64,000 bases of DNA from the NCBI GenBank assembly GCA_963793865.1, contig CAWCBP010000001.1, positions 1,088,001-1,152,000 of the forward strand, written 5' to 3'. A program made the translations under genes and the position numbers. Shown one piece after another: positions 20,029 to 30,450 of the stretch. The stretch comes from an uncultured delta proteobacterium. GTDB lineage: Bacteria > Desulfobacterota > WTBG01. Under the pieces are notes generated by a model, which was not told the origin of the DNA, made no database searches, and worked only from the letters and a program-made list of their open reading frames with translations. The first letter of the stretch is position 1. Each line of letters opens with the position of its first letter.

Positions 20029-21369
20029 TTAGTCCTCAGCGTCCTCCACCCTGCATGTGATGGCCCCTCTGGACAAACGAACCCTCACCCGGTCTCCCGG
20101 GGCAACCATCGAGCGCTCCCGCACGATCCGGCGGGATGGCAGGAGCTGGGTAATGCTGTAGCCTCGATTCAATACATTGAGGGGGCTCAATCTGTCAAGA
20201 CCCTGCGCGTATCCCTGGACGGCTTGCCGCAGAGTGGAGATCGTGCGACGCGCGGACCCGGTAAGGCCCCTGCCTGCCAGGGAAAGACCTTTGCCGTACT
20301 GTTCGATTGCGCGTCCGGGGTTTCTGCCCATCAGCACCGCCCGCAGCCCTTTCAGCACCTCCCGCTTCAAGCGCAGCAGCTGCATCAGGCGCGGCGCCAG
20401 GCGGCCCTGCAGATCGTCCACGCGCAGCTGCCGGTCACTCAGGAGCAGGCGCAGGTCAGGCATTCTCTTTCCCAAAAAGCGCAGCGACTGTTGCTCCATC
20501 GCCAGAAGATGGCCCATGCGATTTTTAAGCCGGTCTGAAAAAACCCGCATGCGCTTCACCAGTTCCGCCTTTTCCGGCACCGCCAGTTCTCCGGCGGCAG
20601 AGGGAGTCGGCGCCCGCAGGTCGGCTACAAAATCCGCAATGGTGAAATCAATCTCATGCCCGACCGCCGAAATGACCGGGACCGGGCATTGATAGATCGC
20701 CCGCGCGACTATTTCCTCGTTGAAGGCCCAGAGGTCCTCCAGAGAGCCGCCGCCCCTGGTCACGATGATGACATCGATCCCTCCCATCCGGCCCAGCCGA
20801 TCTATGGCCTGCGCTATTTCCCGGGCGGCACCTTCGCCCTGAACCCTCACCGGGCTGATCAGGATGTCCATGGGCGGGAACCTTCTCCCGATCACTTTGA
20901 GGAGATCCCTGATTGCCGCCCCGGTAGGCGAGGTGACGATCCCTATTCTACCCGGCAAAAAGGGAATGGGCCTTTTATGTTCCGGATCAAACAGGCCTTC
21001 AAGTCTCAGCTTCTCCTTTAACTGATCGAATGCAAGCTGCAGCGCGCCAAGGCCCTTGGGCTCCATGTAGTCTATGATTAACTGATACTCCCCCCTCGGC
21101 TCATAAAGGCTGATCCGCCCATGGCAGATCACCTGCATTCCGTCAGCCAGCTCAAATTTGACCTGCCTGCCCATATATCTGAACAGAACTGCCCGAAGCT
21201 GGCTGGTTTCGTCCTTGAGGGTAAAATAATAGTGGCCTGACGCGGCGGGGCATCGCACGTTCGATAATTCACCCTCAACCCAGACCTCGCCAAATGTGTT
21301 TTCCAGGTTCTCTTTAATGAGCCGGGTAAGTTCACCGATGGATAAAATGTTTTTATATTCTGCGGACAT
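20029..21369 (-). CDS. xseA: Exodeoxyribonuclease VII large subunit
   Basis: SGHYYFTLKD, RGGGSLEDLWAFN, VGHEIDFT, RAPTPSAA; start placed at MSAEYK. Confidence 0.96.
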   Translation of the reverse strand: MSAEYKNILSIGELTRLIKENLENTFGEVWVEGELSNVRCPAASGHYYFTLKDETSQLRAVLFRYMGRQVKFELADGMQVICHGRISLYEPRGEYQLIIDYMEPKGLGALQLAFDQLKEKLRLEGLFDPEHKRPIPFLPGRIGIVTSPTGAAIRDLLKVIGRRFPPMDILISPVRVQGEGAAREIAQAIDRLGRMGGIDVIIVTRGGGSLEDLWAFNEEIVARAIYQCPVPVISAVGHEIDFTIADFVADLRAPTPSAAGELAVPEKAELVKRMRVFSDRLKNRMGHLLAMEQQSLRFLGKRMPDLRLLLSDRQLRVDDLQGRLAPRLMQLLRLKREVLKGLRAVLMGRNPGRAIEQYGKGLSLAGRGLTGSARRTISTLRQAVQGYAQGLDRLSPLNVLNRGYSITQLLPSRRIVRERSMVAPGDRVRVRLSRGAITCRVEDAED

Positions 21370-21583
21370 GACGGAGTGAGCCAACAATGCGCAACATACG
21401 GGTTTTATAAGATACGGAACGCAACAATCATCGTGTTGTTGAGCTGAACATCTCCGCATCGACGATGAATCGCCTGCCATCGAAACTGTTAACCATATCA
21501 GGCCGCCATTATAATGAAAAACCCTTTAATAAGCAACAGCATATTCAATAAGCGCCATCAGCGGCTGCAGGTGTGCCTCGAAC

Positions 21584-21599
21584 TGGTATGGCTTTTGCG
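21584..21599 (+). promoter_or_regulatory. Putative sigma-54 (-24/-12) promoter of comEC
   Basis: TGGTAT-GGCTT-TTGCG; GG at 21585-6 and GC at 21597-8 have canonical spacing. Confidence 0.55.
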
Positions 21600-21610
21600 A
21601 AAAAAATGTT

Positions 21611-24148
21611 ATGACCATGGACACCCCTACGACACACAAGACGGTGCGGCGGCCCCTTGTTTTTGTTTTACATGCCTACCTGTGCGGAGTAGTCTGGGGC
21701 TACTATGTACCCATTCCGCGGCCGGTTCTCATACTGATCATCATTCTCCTGCTGCCGGCTGCCCTGTTCTCCTTCCGGTATAAGATGAAACAGGGAAGCG
21801 CGCTGCTGCTGCTTGGATGCTGTACGATTCTCGGACATTTGCACTTCACCGGTGCGCTGTCACCGCCGCTTCCCGCAAACCACGTAACCAATTTTACAGG
21901 GAACTGCAGGCGCATCATTGAAGGCATTCTCTATCAAGCCCCGCAGGTCTTTCCCGCCAAAACCAGATACTATGTTCTGGCAAAAAAAATCATTGAACGG
22001 GAACGGGAAGTCCCGGTAAGCGGAAAGCTGTTGCTAACCGTAAAAAACCCGCCGCCGCCGCTCGGCTATGGAGACGTGGTTCGTTTCTCCTGCACCCTCC
22101 GCCGGCCCAGAAATTTCAACAACCCCGGGAGCTTTAACTATCAGCGGTATCTGGCGTTTCAGGGAATTTTTGTCACCGCCTCACCGGATGCCAAGCATGC
22201 CATTGTCAAGGTCGGTGAATATCCGCTGAATCCGGTCTTGTGCCTGGTGGAACGCTGCCGGCGGGAGATACGGGAGTTTTTTACCGCTCATCTTGCCTCT
22301 CCGGAAGCTGAAATTGCCATCGCCCTGATCACCGGGGAACAAAGCGGCATCCCCCAGGAGATGCGCGATCAATTCTCAATCACCGGGGTGGCGCACGTGC
22401 TGGCCATTTCCGGTCTCAATATCGGGATTATCGCCCTGATCAGTCTTTACCTGATCAAGGGGCTCTGCCGATGCTCGACCAGGCTGATGCTCATGACCAA
22501 CATCACCAAACTGGCCGCCTCCATGACCCTGCTGCCGGTAATCATTTATTGCCTCATTGCGGGAGCGGGAATTGCCGCGGTACGCGCGACGGTCATGGTA
22601 ATCGCCTACCTTTTTTCCATCATCATCGACCGGCAGGATGACCTGTGGAATACTTTTGCGCTGGCGGCGTTTTGCATTCTGGTTGTGTCACCAGCATCAC
22701 TTTTTGATTGCTCATTCCAGCTTTCATTTGTATCGGTGGCCGCCATCCTGTACTTCAATCCACGGTTTTCCATCTCCTCTTTTAAAAAACCGCCTGATTT
22801 CCCCGGCCTCAGCAGGCCATGGTATCATGCCCTGGCATTGCAGGTAATGGCGGTGCTGACTGTCACTCTTTCCGCCACACTGGGCACTGCTCCGATTGTT
22901 GCCCTGTACTTCAACCGCTTCTCACCGTGGGGGATATTCGCCAACCTAATCGTCGTCCCCCTCACCGGCTTTCTGGTGGTTCCACTGGGTCTTCTCACAT
23001 CTTTTTTAATCTTTGTGGCCACGCCGCCGGCTGTGATGACTGCATCTATCATGGGGCTTCTTCTCCGCCTCTCGAACGCGGTGGTTGCCTTTTTTTCCAC
23101 CCTCCCCTGTTCCGACTATCGTATCACCACCCCTACTCTGCCGGAGCTATTCCTCTTCTATGCCGGCATATGGCTGCTTTTCATAAGCAAACACAGGCGG
23201 TGGGCGCGCTTTTGCCTGGTGCTGGTCATTGCCGCCTCCGTTATTGATTACGGCTGCTGGTACTACCGGAACAACCTGAATCCCCGTCTGTGCATTACTG
23301 CCATTGATGTGGGACAAGGCGACGCCATGCTGCTGCAGCTGCCGAAGGGTAAAACCATACTCATCGATGGCGGGGGATCATACGACAACAGTTTTGATAT
23401 CGGCGGCATGGTTGTCGCTCCGCTGCTGTGGAAGAAAAAGATCAAGCACATTGACGTCCTGGTGCTCTCTCATCCCCATCCCGATCATCTGAACGGGCTG
23501 ATATCGGTGATGAGGTATTTCAGCGTTGGAGAGGTGTGGACCAACGGTGACTCTATTGATTCAGAGGCATTCAAGGCTCTCGAGTCCCTGATAGCAGAGC
23601 GGGGAATCCGCAGGGCGGTCATCACCAGGGGCCATCCACCCGTATATATCAACGGGGTTGAGATTGAATTTCTCCATCCCGGCATGCGTGCCATCGACAG
23701 GCCGGGCACGGGCACTGATGAACACATCAACAATAATTCACTGGTCCTAAGGCTTGCATACCGGCAGGCTTCCATCCTCCTTACCGGGGATATTTGCGCG
23801 ACAGGCGAGGCCGAGATCATGGCCGCATTTCCCGGTCTCAGGAGCACCATACTTAAGGTCCCTCACCACGGCAGCGCCACATCAAGCTCGAAACCGTTTC
23901 TTGAAATGCTCCGGCCGCGCATAGCACTTTTGAGCGTGGGGAGCGGTAACAGCTTCCGGCTGCCCCATCCGGATGTTGTCAAGAGGTATGAAGAGGCGGG
24001 CTGCATGATTTTCAGGACTGACCGGGACGGTGCCATCAGTTTGGAGACAGACGGCTCACAAGTATGGATACAAACCCATGCCCCTGCGGGGGCACCGCCA
24101 TGCATCAAAATTGTTAATTTCCCTCGCCCCACCGGGGGAGAGGGTTAG
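21611..24148 (+). CDS. comEC: DNA internalization competence protein ComEC/Rec2
   Basis: NPGSFNY, HVLAISGLN, FQLSF, DVGQGD, SHPHPDHLNG, VPHHGS; true start may be GTG 21644 (MRRPL). Confidence 0.95.
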   Translation: MTMDTPTTHKTVRRPLVFVLHAYLCGVVWGYYVPIPRPVLILIIILLLPAALFSFRYKMKQGSALLLLGCCTILGHLHFTGALSPPLPANHVTNFTGNCRRIIEGILYQAPQVFPAKTRYYVLAKKIIEREREVPVSGKLLLTVKNPPPPLGYGDVVRFSCTLRRPRNFNNPGSFNYQRYLAFQGIFVTASPDAKHAIVKVGEYPLNPVLCLVERCRREIREFFTAHLASPEAEIAIALITGEQSGIPQEMRDQFSITGVAHVLAISGLNIGIIALISLYLIKGLCRCSTRLMLMTNITKLAASMTLLPVIIYCLIAGAGIAAVRATVMVIAYLFSIIIDRQDDLWNTFALAAFCILVVSPASLFDCSFQLSFVSVAAILYFNPRFSISSFKKPPDFPGLSRPWYHALALQVMAVLTVTLSATLGTAPIVALYFNRFSPWGIFANLIVVPLTGFLVVPLGLLTSFLIFVATPPAVMTASIMGLLLRLSNAVVAFFSTLPCSDYRITTPTLPELFLFYAGIWLLFISKHRRWARFCLVLVIAASVIDYGCWYYRNNLNPRLCITAIDVGQGDAMLLQLPKGKTILIDGGGSYDNSFDIGGMVVAPLLWKKKIKHIDVLVLSHPHPDHLNGLISVMRYFSVGEVWTNGDSIDSEAFKALESLIAERGIRRAVITRGHPPVYINGVEIEFLHPGMRAIDRPGTGTDEHINNNSLVLRLAYRQASILLTGDICATGEAEIMAAFPGLRSTILKVPHHGSATSSSKPFLEMLRPRIALLSVGSGNSFRLPHPDVVKRYEEAGCMIFRTDRDGAISLETDGSQVWIQTHAPAGAPPCIKIVNFPRPTGGEG

Positions 24149-24169
24149 GGTGAGGGGGTATACTGAATC
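24072..24169. repeat. BoxC-like miniature repeat element, copy 1 (supplies the comEC stop codon)
   Basis: CCCATGCCCCT..GCACC..AAAATTG..CCCTCGCCCCACCGGGGGAGAGGGTTAGGGTGAGGGGG; related to 61412-61568. Confidence 0.75.
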
Positions 24170-24216
24170 TATTTCCATATTAAAACAGGCAGACTCTGAT
24201 CTGCCTGCCTGTTTAC

Positions 24217-24261
24217 AAAAAAATCCGGTCAGTTCTCTAATAGAACGAGCCGGGTCTTTTT
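24217..24261 (-). terminator. Intrinsic terminator after the tRNA-Ser pair
   Basis: Imperfect hairpin CCGG-CTC-GTTCT...AGAAC-TGA-CCGG followed by a T-run on the minus strand. Confidence 0.6.
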
Positions 24262-24266
24262 AAGCA

Positions 24267-24358
24267 TGGCGGAGAGAGAGGGATTTGAACCCTCGGTTGA
24301 GCTTTCGCCCAACACTCGCTTAGCAGGCGAGCGCCTTCGACCACTCGGCCATCTCTCC
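24267..24358 (-). tRNA. tRNA-Ser(GCT)
   Basis: GGAGAGATGG...CTCGC-CT-GCT-AA-GCGAG, long variable arm, 3' GCCA. Confidence 0.97.
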
Positions 24359-24386
24359 GTTTATTACACTTCACACAAAAAAAATC

Positions 24387-24474
24387 TGGCGGAGGGAGTA
24401 GGATTCGAACCCACGTCACGTTTCCGTGAAACGGTTTTCAAGACCGCCGCCTTCGGCCACTCGGCCATCCCTCC
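24387..24474 (-). tRNA. tRNA-Ser(TGA)
   Basis: GGAGGGATGG...GCGGT-CT-TGA-AA-ACCGT, long variable arm, 3' GCCA; TTGACA-N17-TAAAAA upstream. Confidence 0.97.
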
Positions 24475-24531
24475 GCTTGCAACTATAGCAATTTTTTACC
24501 GCATCTGATCTCTCTTGTCAATCCTCCCGAA

Positions 24532-25248
24532 TCACAGATTTTTCGCTGCAAATTCCCAGTTCAGCATTTTGTCGATGAGGGCGGTGACATAGTCCGCCCG
24601 GCGGTTCTGGTAATCAAGATAATAGGCATGTTCCCATACATCGATGGTGAGCAGGGGTACCCTGCCCGCGGTGAGCGGGTTGTCCGCGTTTCCCGTTTTA
24701 ACCACCTTGAGCGTGCCGCCGTCGCTGACCAGCCATGCCCATCCGCTCGCAAATTGGGTGACCGCCGCGTCAAACAGCTGCTTTTTGCATGCATCCAAGC
24801 TGCCGAATGATGCTTCGATCTTCTTCCTGAGTGACTCAGGCGGAGTGCCTCCTCCCGCCGGCTTCAGGCTCTTCCAGTAGAAGTTATGATTCAGTGTCTG
24901 CGCCGCGCTGTTGAAAAGGGCCGCCTGGTCCGGCTTGCCGGCAACAGAAGCGATAATCTTCTCCAGGGAAGCATCAGCAAGCGGGGTGCCGGACACGAGC
25001 TTGACCAGATTATCGGCATATCCACGGTGATGCTTGCCGTAGTGAAATCCAACCGTCCTCGCGGAGATGACCGGTTCCAGGGCGCTCTCCGGATACGGAA
25101 GCGGCGGCATGAGATTCGGGATGCCTGCCGCTGGGTCCGCTGCCTTCGCATTATTGCAGGCAAACGCCACCGCAGCAGCCGCACCCGCCATGAGGAACTG
25201 CCGGCGGGAAAGGCTACTGCTGCTTGATGCCATTTTTATTGTGTTCAT
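24532..25248 (-). CDS. sodB: Fe/Mn superoxide dismutase (Fe-type signature) with twin-arginine signal peptide
   Basis: [22 protein letters not shown]-terminal SRRQFL...AKA. Confidence 0.92.
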   Translation of the reverse strand: MNTIKMASSSSSLSRRQFLMAGAAAAVAFACNNAKAADPAAGIPNLMPPLPYPESALEPVISARTVGFHYGKHHRGYADNLVKLVSGTPLADASLEKIIASVAGKPDQAALFNSAAQTLNHNFYWKSLKPAGGGTPPESLRKKIEASFGSLDACKKQLFDAAVTQFASGWAWLVSDGGTLKVVKTGNADNPLTAGRVPLLTIDVWEHAYYLDYQNRRADYVTALIDKMLNWEFAAKNL

Positions 25249-25325
25249 AATCCATCCTCCCCTCTTCTGGCTTCTCCTTCAAAGTGTGTCTTATTAATGC
25301 CCCCGAACGTTATACGACCAGGCGG

Positions 25326-25658
25326 TTACCCCTTCTCCAGCAGACGAACCCACTCAATTGCGCTCTTGTTGATGGCCACAAATCCCAGCTCGATTTCGGT
25401 GCTGCTGGTTTCCTCGCGGGTATTCACCACCGGCACAAAATGCCTGGCATCATTGATGACGTTGCTCAGCCGTTCGAGATGCGCGGGCACAAAAATATCC
25501 CCGTAGTAAATCTTACCCCCCGCCTTCAAACAGACCTTCACATATGTCCCCTTCTGTTCCCTGGCGCTGAGCACTATATTGTTGTGGCAGTACCTGCAGA
25601 CAACGGCCTCCAGTTTGATTGATTCCGCGCAGAAGGGGCAGATTTTCATCGGCTCCAT
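25326..25658 (-). CDS. Zinc-ribbon hypothetical protein
   Basis: CPFC-x10-CRYC N-terminus; C-terminal RLSNVIND...AINKSAIEWV domain; GGAG RBS. Confidence 0.75.
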   Translation of the reverse strand: MEPMKICPFCAESIKLEAVVCRYCHNNIVLSAREQKGTYVKVCLKAGGKIYYGDIFVPAHLERLSNVINDARHFVPVVNTREETSSTEIELGFVAINKSAIEWVRLLEKG

Positions 25659-25699
25659 GGCATCTCCTGTGCGCTGCTCACGCCTGTTTTTCGGCAGGC

Positions 25700-26083
25700 T
25701 CAGCGATCAAAAAGGGATTTAGGTTGTGCGCCCTTGACCAGTTCCCGCGCCTCGATAATCTGCGTGTCCTTGTTCCATCGGGTATCCATCTTTCTGCCCG
25801 TGTCCTCGATATCAAAATATTTAAAGAAGGCTATGCATGAAATCGAAGCGCTCTTTCCATCGTGGGCGACCGTTACCGGGTACACGTTAGGCGATTCCTC
25901 ACGGACCGGTTTAATGCCGATGATCCGCTTGTCGGGATCATAGAAGAGTTTTATAAAGGGATACCCTTTGAGATAGTCGGTCAGGCACCGCTGTGAGAAA
26001 ACAATCCTGCCGCCTTTATTGATGGATACCGTCGCCTTATCCAGGTTCCTGGTGTGCTTTGCCGTAAATTCAATAAATGACAT
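25700..26083 (-). CDS. Hypothetical beta-rich protein
   Basis: 127 aa ORF with AGAGGTG RBS, co-oriented after serS. Confidence 0.75.
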   Translation of the reverse strand: MSFIEFTAKHTRNLDKATVSINKGGRIVFSQRCLTDYLKGYPFIKLFYDPDKRIIGIKPVREESPNVYPVTVAHDGKSASISCIAFFKYFDIEDTGRKMDTRWNKDTQIIEARELVKGAQPKSLFDR

Positions 26084-26158
26084 GGTTGTTCACCTCTCTG
26101 CCGTGCTGTTACTCATCCCTGCGCTCAAACCGTGCGACTCATCGCATCAGGCATGCTG

Positions 26159-27447
<1,289 letters not shown>

Positions 27448-27779
27448 ATGCCGGTGTCCCTTTCTTCTTCACCGCTCCATCACACGCTGCGCGAAATTCC
27501 TTCCGTCTCCCGCTCCGCGCGCACCGGTAAATTGATTGTTTTTAACATCTTAACAACATATCGTCAATAAAATAGTTTTTTCGGGATTACCGGTCTGATC
27601 TCCGATATCAACCACCGGTGAATTGCCTCGCAACAGCGCTGCGGGGTATTCCGGCACGTCTTGATTTATCAGTAAGCCGGGCTTTACAAAACAGCTTTTT
27701 ATTGATTACCTGGTCAAATGCGGCTATCATACCCCATGTCGAGCAGTGTTGAGCAAAAAATACACGCGGTGAGTGCCGA

Positions 27780-29141
27780 ATGCCTTCGGGAAAAAGAAAA
27801 AATCTGCACGGATTGATAGGGCTGGCCATTCTGGTCGCAGCCCAATTGCTCCTGATGAAGAAGGTTGAACCTGTTGCATCCTGGTTTTACTACTTCGCCT
27901 GGTGGCCCTATATTTTAATCGCCGACAGCCTCATTTACCGGATGAAAGGCAATTCCCTGCTCATGGACAGACGTGGTGAGTTCCTGGTACTGCTGCTGTG
28001 GTCGGTGGTCATATGGACCCTGTTTGAGGCTGTCAATCTCTTCCTGCAAAACTGGTACTACGTCAACGTCATACCCCTGTGGGTGATTCGATGGCCCGGT
28101 TACGCGCTGGCCTATGCCACGGTTCTGCCCGGCCTTTTTGAAACCGCGGAACTTCTGGCAGCGCTGGGGCTCTTCAAATACAGCCGAGTCAGGCCTCGAT
28201 CCATCAGCCTATCGATGCAACAATGCCTTTTCGCCCTTGGTATCGTTTCTCTGGCCCTCGTCTTCCTGTTTCCTGATTACTGCTATCCGCTCATATGGGG
28301 TTCGCTTACCTTTATTCTGGAACCCGTCAACTATCGTTGGGGAACAAAATCGATCCTGCGAGATTGGGAGCGGGGTACCACCCGCATGTTCTTTCTGCTG
28401 CTCACTGCGGGGATTGTCTGCGGCATGCTGTGGGAGTTCTGGAATTTCCGGGCAAGGACCAAGTGGATTTACACTGTCCCCTTCTTTGAAGAATTGAAGC
28501 TCTTCGAAATGCCCCTGCTTGGCTTCCTGGGCTTTCCGCCCTTCACGGTGGAATGTTACTGCCTGTACAATTTCATAAGCATCTTCCGCCATGGGCGGAG
28601 CTGGGAGGAAGATAGTTATAGACTAAATCAACACAAAAAGGTACACTCCTCTTTAATTATGTTGACGATTATAGGGGGAATTTTCTTCTGTGCCGTCACC
28701 TTTCATGCCATGGACAGTAAGACGGTCAATTCCTATTGGTCTTCAGTATCTGATCTGCAGGGCATACCGCCTGCCGCTGCCGATTCGCTGGCGGCCTCCG
28801 GCATCCGCACTCCCGGGGCACTGCTGGCCGTCTCTTCCTCCCCGGCTGATCGGGAAGGGCTCGCGCAGCGTCTTTCCGTTTCGGCGGCAGATATCGAATC
28901 CTGGCGGCACTGCGCTGAACTCTCTGAGCTGAAAGGGATGGGTGCCCGGAACGCGAATATGCTCATACAAGCAGGAATAAAAGATAGCGCAGCGCTTGCG
29001 GCTCAGGATCCGGCAGCCCTCCATGCGCGGCTTGTCCGGGACTATGCTGTCTCCGACGGCAATCACACGTTTCCGCCCCGGACGGCAATCCTGCGCATCT
29101 GGATACGCGAAGCACGAAAGATGACCGGGCATAGCGGATGA
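27780..29141 (+). CDS. Polytopic membrane protein with C-terminal helix-hairpin-helix (DUF4332-like) domain
   Basis: Many hydrophobic segments; KLFEMPLLGFLGFPPF; LQGIPPAAADSLAASGI and LKGMGARNANMLIQAGI HhH repeats. Confidence 0.75.
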   Translation: MPSGKRKNLHGLIGLAILVAAQLLLMKKVEPVASWFYYFAWWPYILIADSLIYRMKGNSLLMDRRGEFLVLLLWSVVIWTLFEAVNLFLQNWYYVNVIPLWVIRWPGYALAYATVLPGLFETAELLAALGLFKYSRVRPRSISLSMQQCLFALGIVSLALVFLFPDYCYPLIWGSLTFILEPVNYRWGTKSILRDWERGTTRMFFLLLTAGIVCGMLWEFWNFRARTKWIYTVPFFEELKLFEMPLLGFLGFPPFTVECYCLYNFISIFRHGRSWEEDSYRLNQHKKVHSSLIMLTIIGGIFFCAVTFHAMDSKTVNSYWSSVSDLQGIPPAAADSLAASGIRTPGALLAVSSSPADREGLAQRLSVSAADIESWRHCAELSELKGMGARNANMLIQAGIKDSAALAAQDPAALHARLVRDYAVSDGNHTFPPRTAILRIWIREARKMTGHSG

Positions 29142-30421
29142 AAAAACTCGCGTCTTCTCAAAAGATTCGCGTTCCTTCGTTCCTGCTGACGGCATTTCAC
29201 CTGCTTTCCCTCTCAGTCAGTGATTTTTTCAGAAACAGATGCGTCCTCTGGGCGGCCGCGCTCACCTACACCACGGTATTTGCCCTTATTCCCATGCTGG
29301 CCGTGACCTTCTCCCTCTTCCATGCCTTCGGCGCGCTTAAAGGGCTCGAAGATAAGATCCGCCCGTTTATTCTTCAGGTTCTGGTTCCCGGGGCCCAGGA
29401 AAAACTGATCGGCACCATAAACACCCTGATTGAACGCCTTAACGCCGGTGCAATCAGCGCCGTAGGAACAGTGCTGGTGTTTCTCGCCGCCGTCTTTCTC
29501 ATGGCGCAGCTGGAGGTTATTTTAAATGAAATCTGGGGTCTCAAGAAGCACCGGCCCTTCTTCTACCGGCTTGCGCTTTACTGGACGGCAATCACCTTCG
29601 GTCCGCCCCTTATGGCCCTGTCCATCGCCATTCCCGCCACCCTGAGAAGCTACCGTGCCGCCGCGTGGCTGGAGCATTACATCAGCGTCGACCTGTTCCG
29701 CTTCCTTCCCTACGTGTTCGTCTGGCTGATGTTTACCGGCCTCTATCTGTTCATGCCCAACACCCGGGTCAGGTTTTCGGCAGCCGCGCTGGGCGCCGTC
29801 GTGGGGGGCACGCTCTGGCAGATTGCGGGCGTTGGATTTACGCTCTATACCTCGACCGTGCTGGTCTATTCCGCCCTGTACGGCTCGCTCGGCGTCATCC
29901 CGCTTTTCTTCCTCTGGCTGTTCATCAGCTGGATCATCTTTCTGCTGGGGGCGGAACTGTCATTCGTGTTTCAAAACTATTCCCTGCTCCGCAACGGCCT
30001 GAAGGTATACTCGCCATCCTATAAGGAGCGCGAATACCTCTCGCTGCGCATCATTCTTGTCATCGCCAAAAATTTTCTTGAGGGCAAGAGCCCCCTCGGT
30101 CTCAACGCAATCGCCGAGCGCCTCAGGCTGCCGCTTCATCTCACCGGCGAGCTTATCGATTCAATGGCGCGGCAAAACCTTTTAATCAAGCTCAACCAGG
30201 GCAGGCAGGACGTGTACCTGCCCTCAAGAAATTTAGACGCCATCACCATGAGCGACATCATACAGGCCGTGCAGGGCAACCAGAGCCTGGCAACGGAAAG
30301 CGCCGAAGACCGCGTCATACTGGAGGCGGTGATCACCAGCGAAAAGACGTTTGCCGCCTGTGCCGGAAACAAGAACCTGAGAAGCATTCTTGATGAACTG
30401 GAAGCGCTGGGAAAGATGTAA
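29138..30421 (+). CDS. YihY/BrkB family membrane protein with C-terminal winged-HTH extension
   Basis: AAALTYTT, LNEIW, YSALYGSLGVIPLFFLWL...LLGAE; ATGA overlap with the upstream gene. Confidence 0.9.
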   Translation: MKKLASSQKIRVPSFLLTAFHLLSLSVSDFFRNRCVLWAAALTYTTVFALIPMLAVTFSLFHAFGALKGLEDKIRPFILQVLVPGAQEKLIGTINTLIERLNAGAISAVGTVLVFLAAVFLMAQLEVILNEIWGLKKHRPFFYRLALYWTAITFGPPLMALSIAIPATLRSYRAAAWLEHYISVDLFRFLPYVFVWLMFTGLYLFMPNTRVRFSAAALGAVVGGTLWQIAGVGFTLYTSTVLVYSALYGSLGVIPLFFLWLFISWIIFLLGAELSFVFQNYSLLRNGLKVYSPSYKEREYLSLRIILVIAKNFLEGKSPLGLNAIAERLRLPLHLTGELIDSMARQNLLIKLNQGRQDVYLPSRNLDAITMSDIIQAVQGNQSLATESAEDRVILEAVITSEKTFAACAGNKNLRSILDELEALGKM

Positions 30422-30450
30422 CGGGGAGCTGTTTCCCGTTCACATCCCTC

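Noticed and set aside
24160..24266. Genomic island integrated at tRNA-Ser
   Set aside because: No integrase and no duplicated tRNA 3' end seen in the window
27448..27779. T-box riboswitch upstream of serS
   Set aside because: No AAGGTGGTACC-like T-box or terminator is visible; a sigma-70-like promoter lies close to the gene
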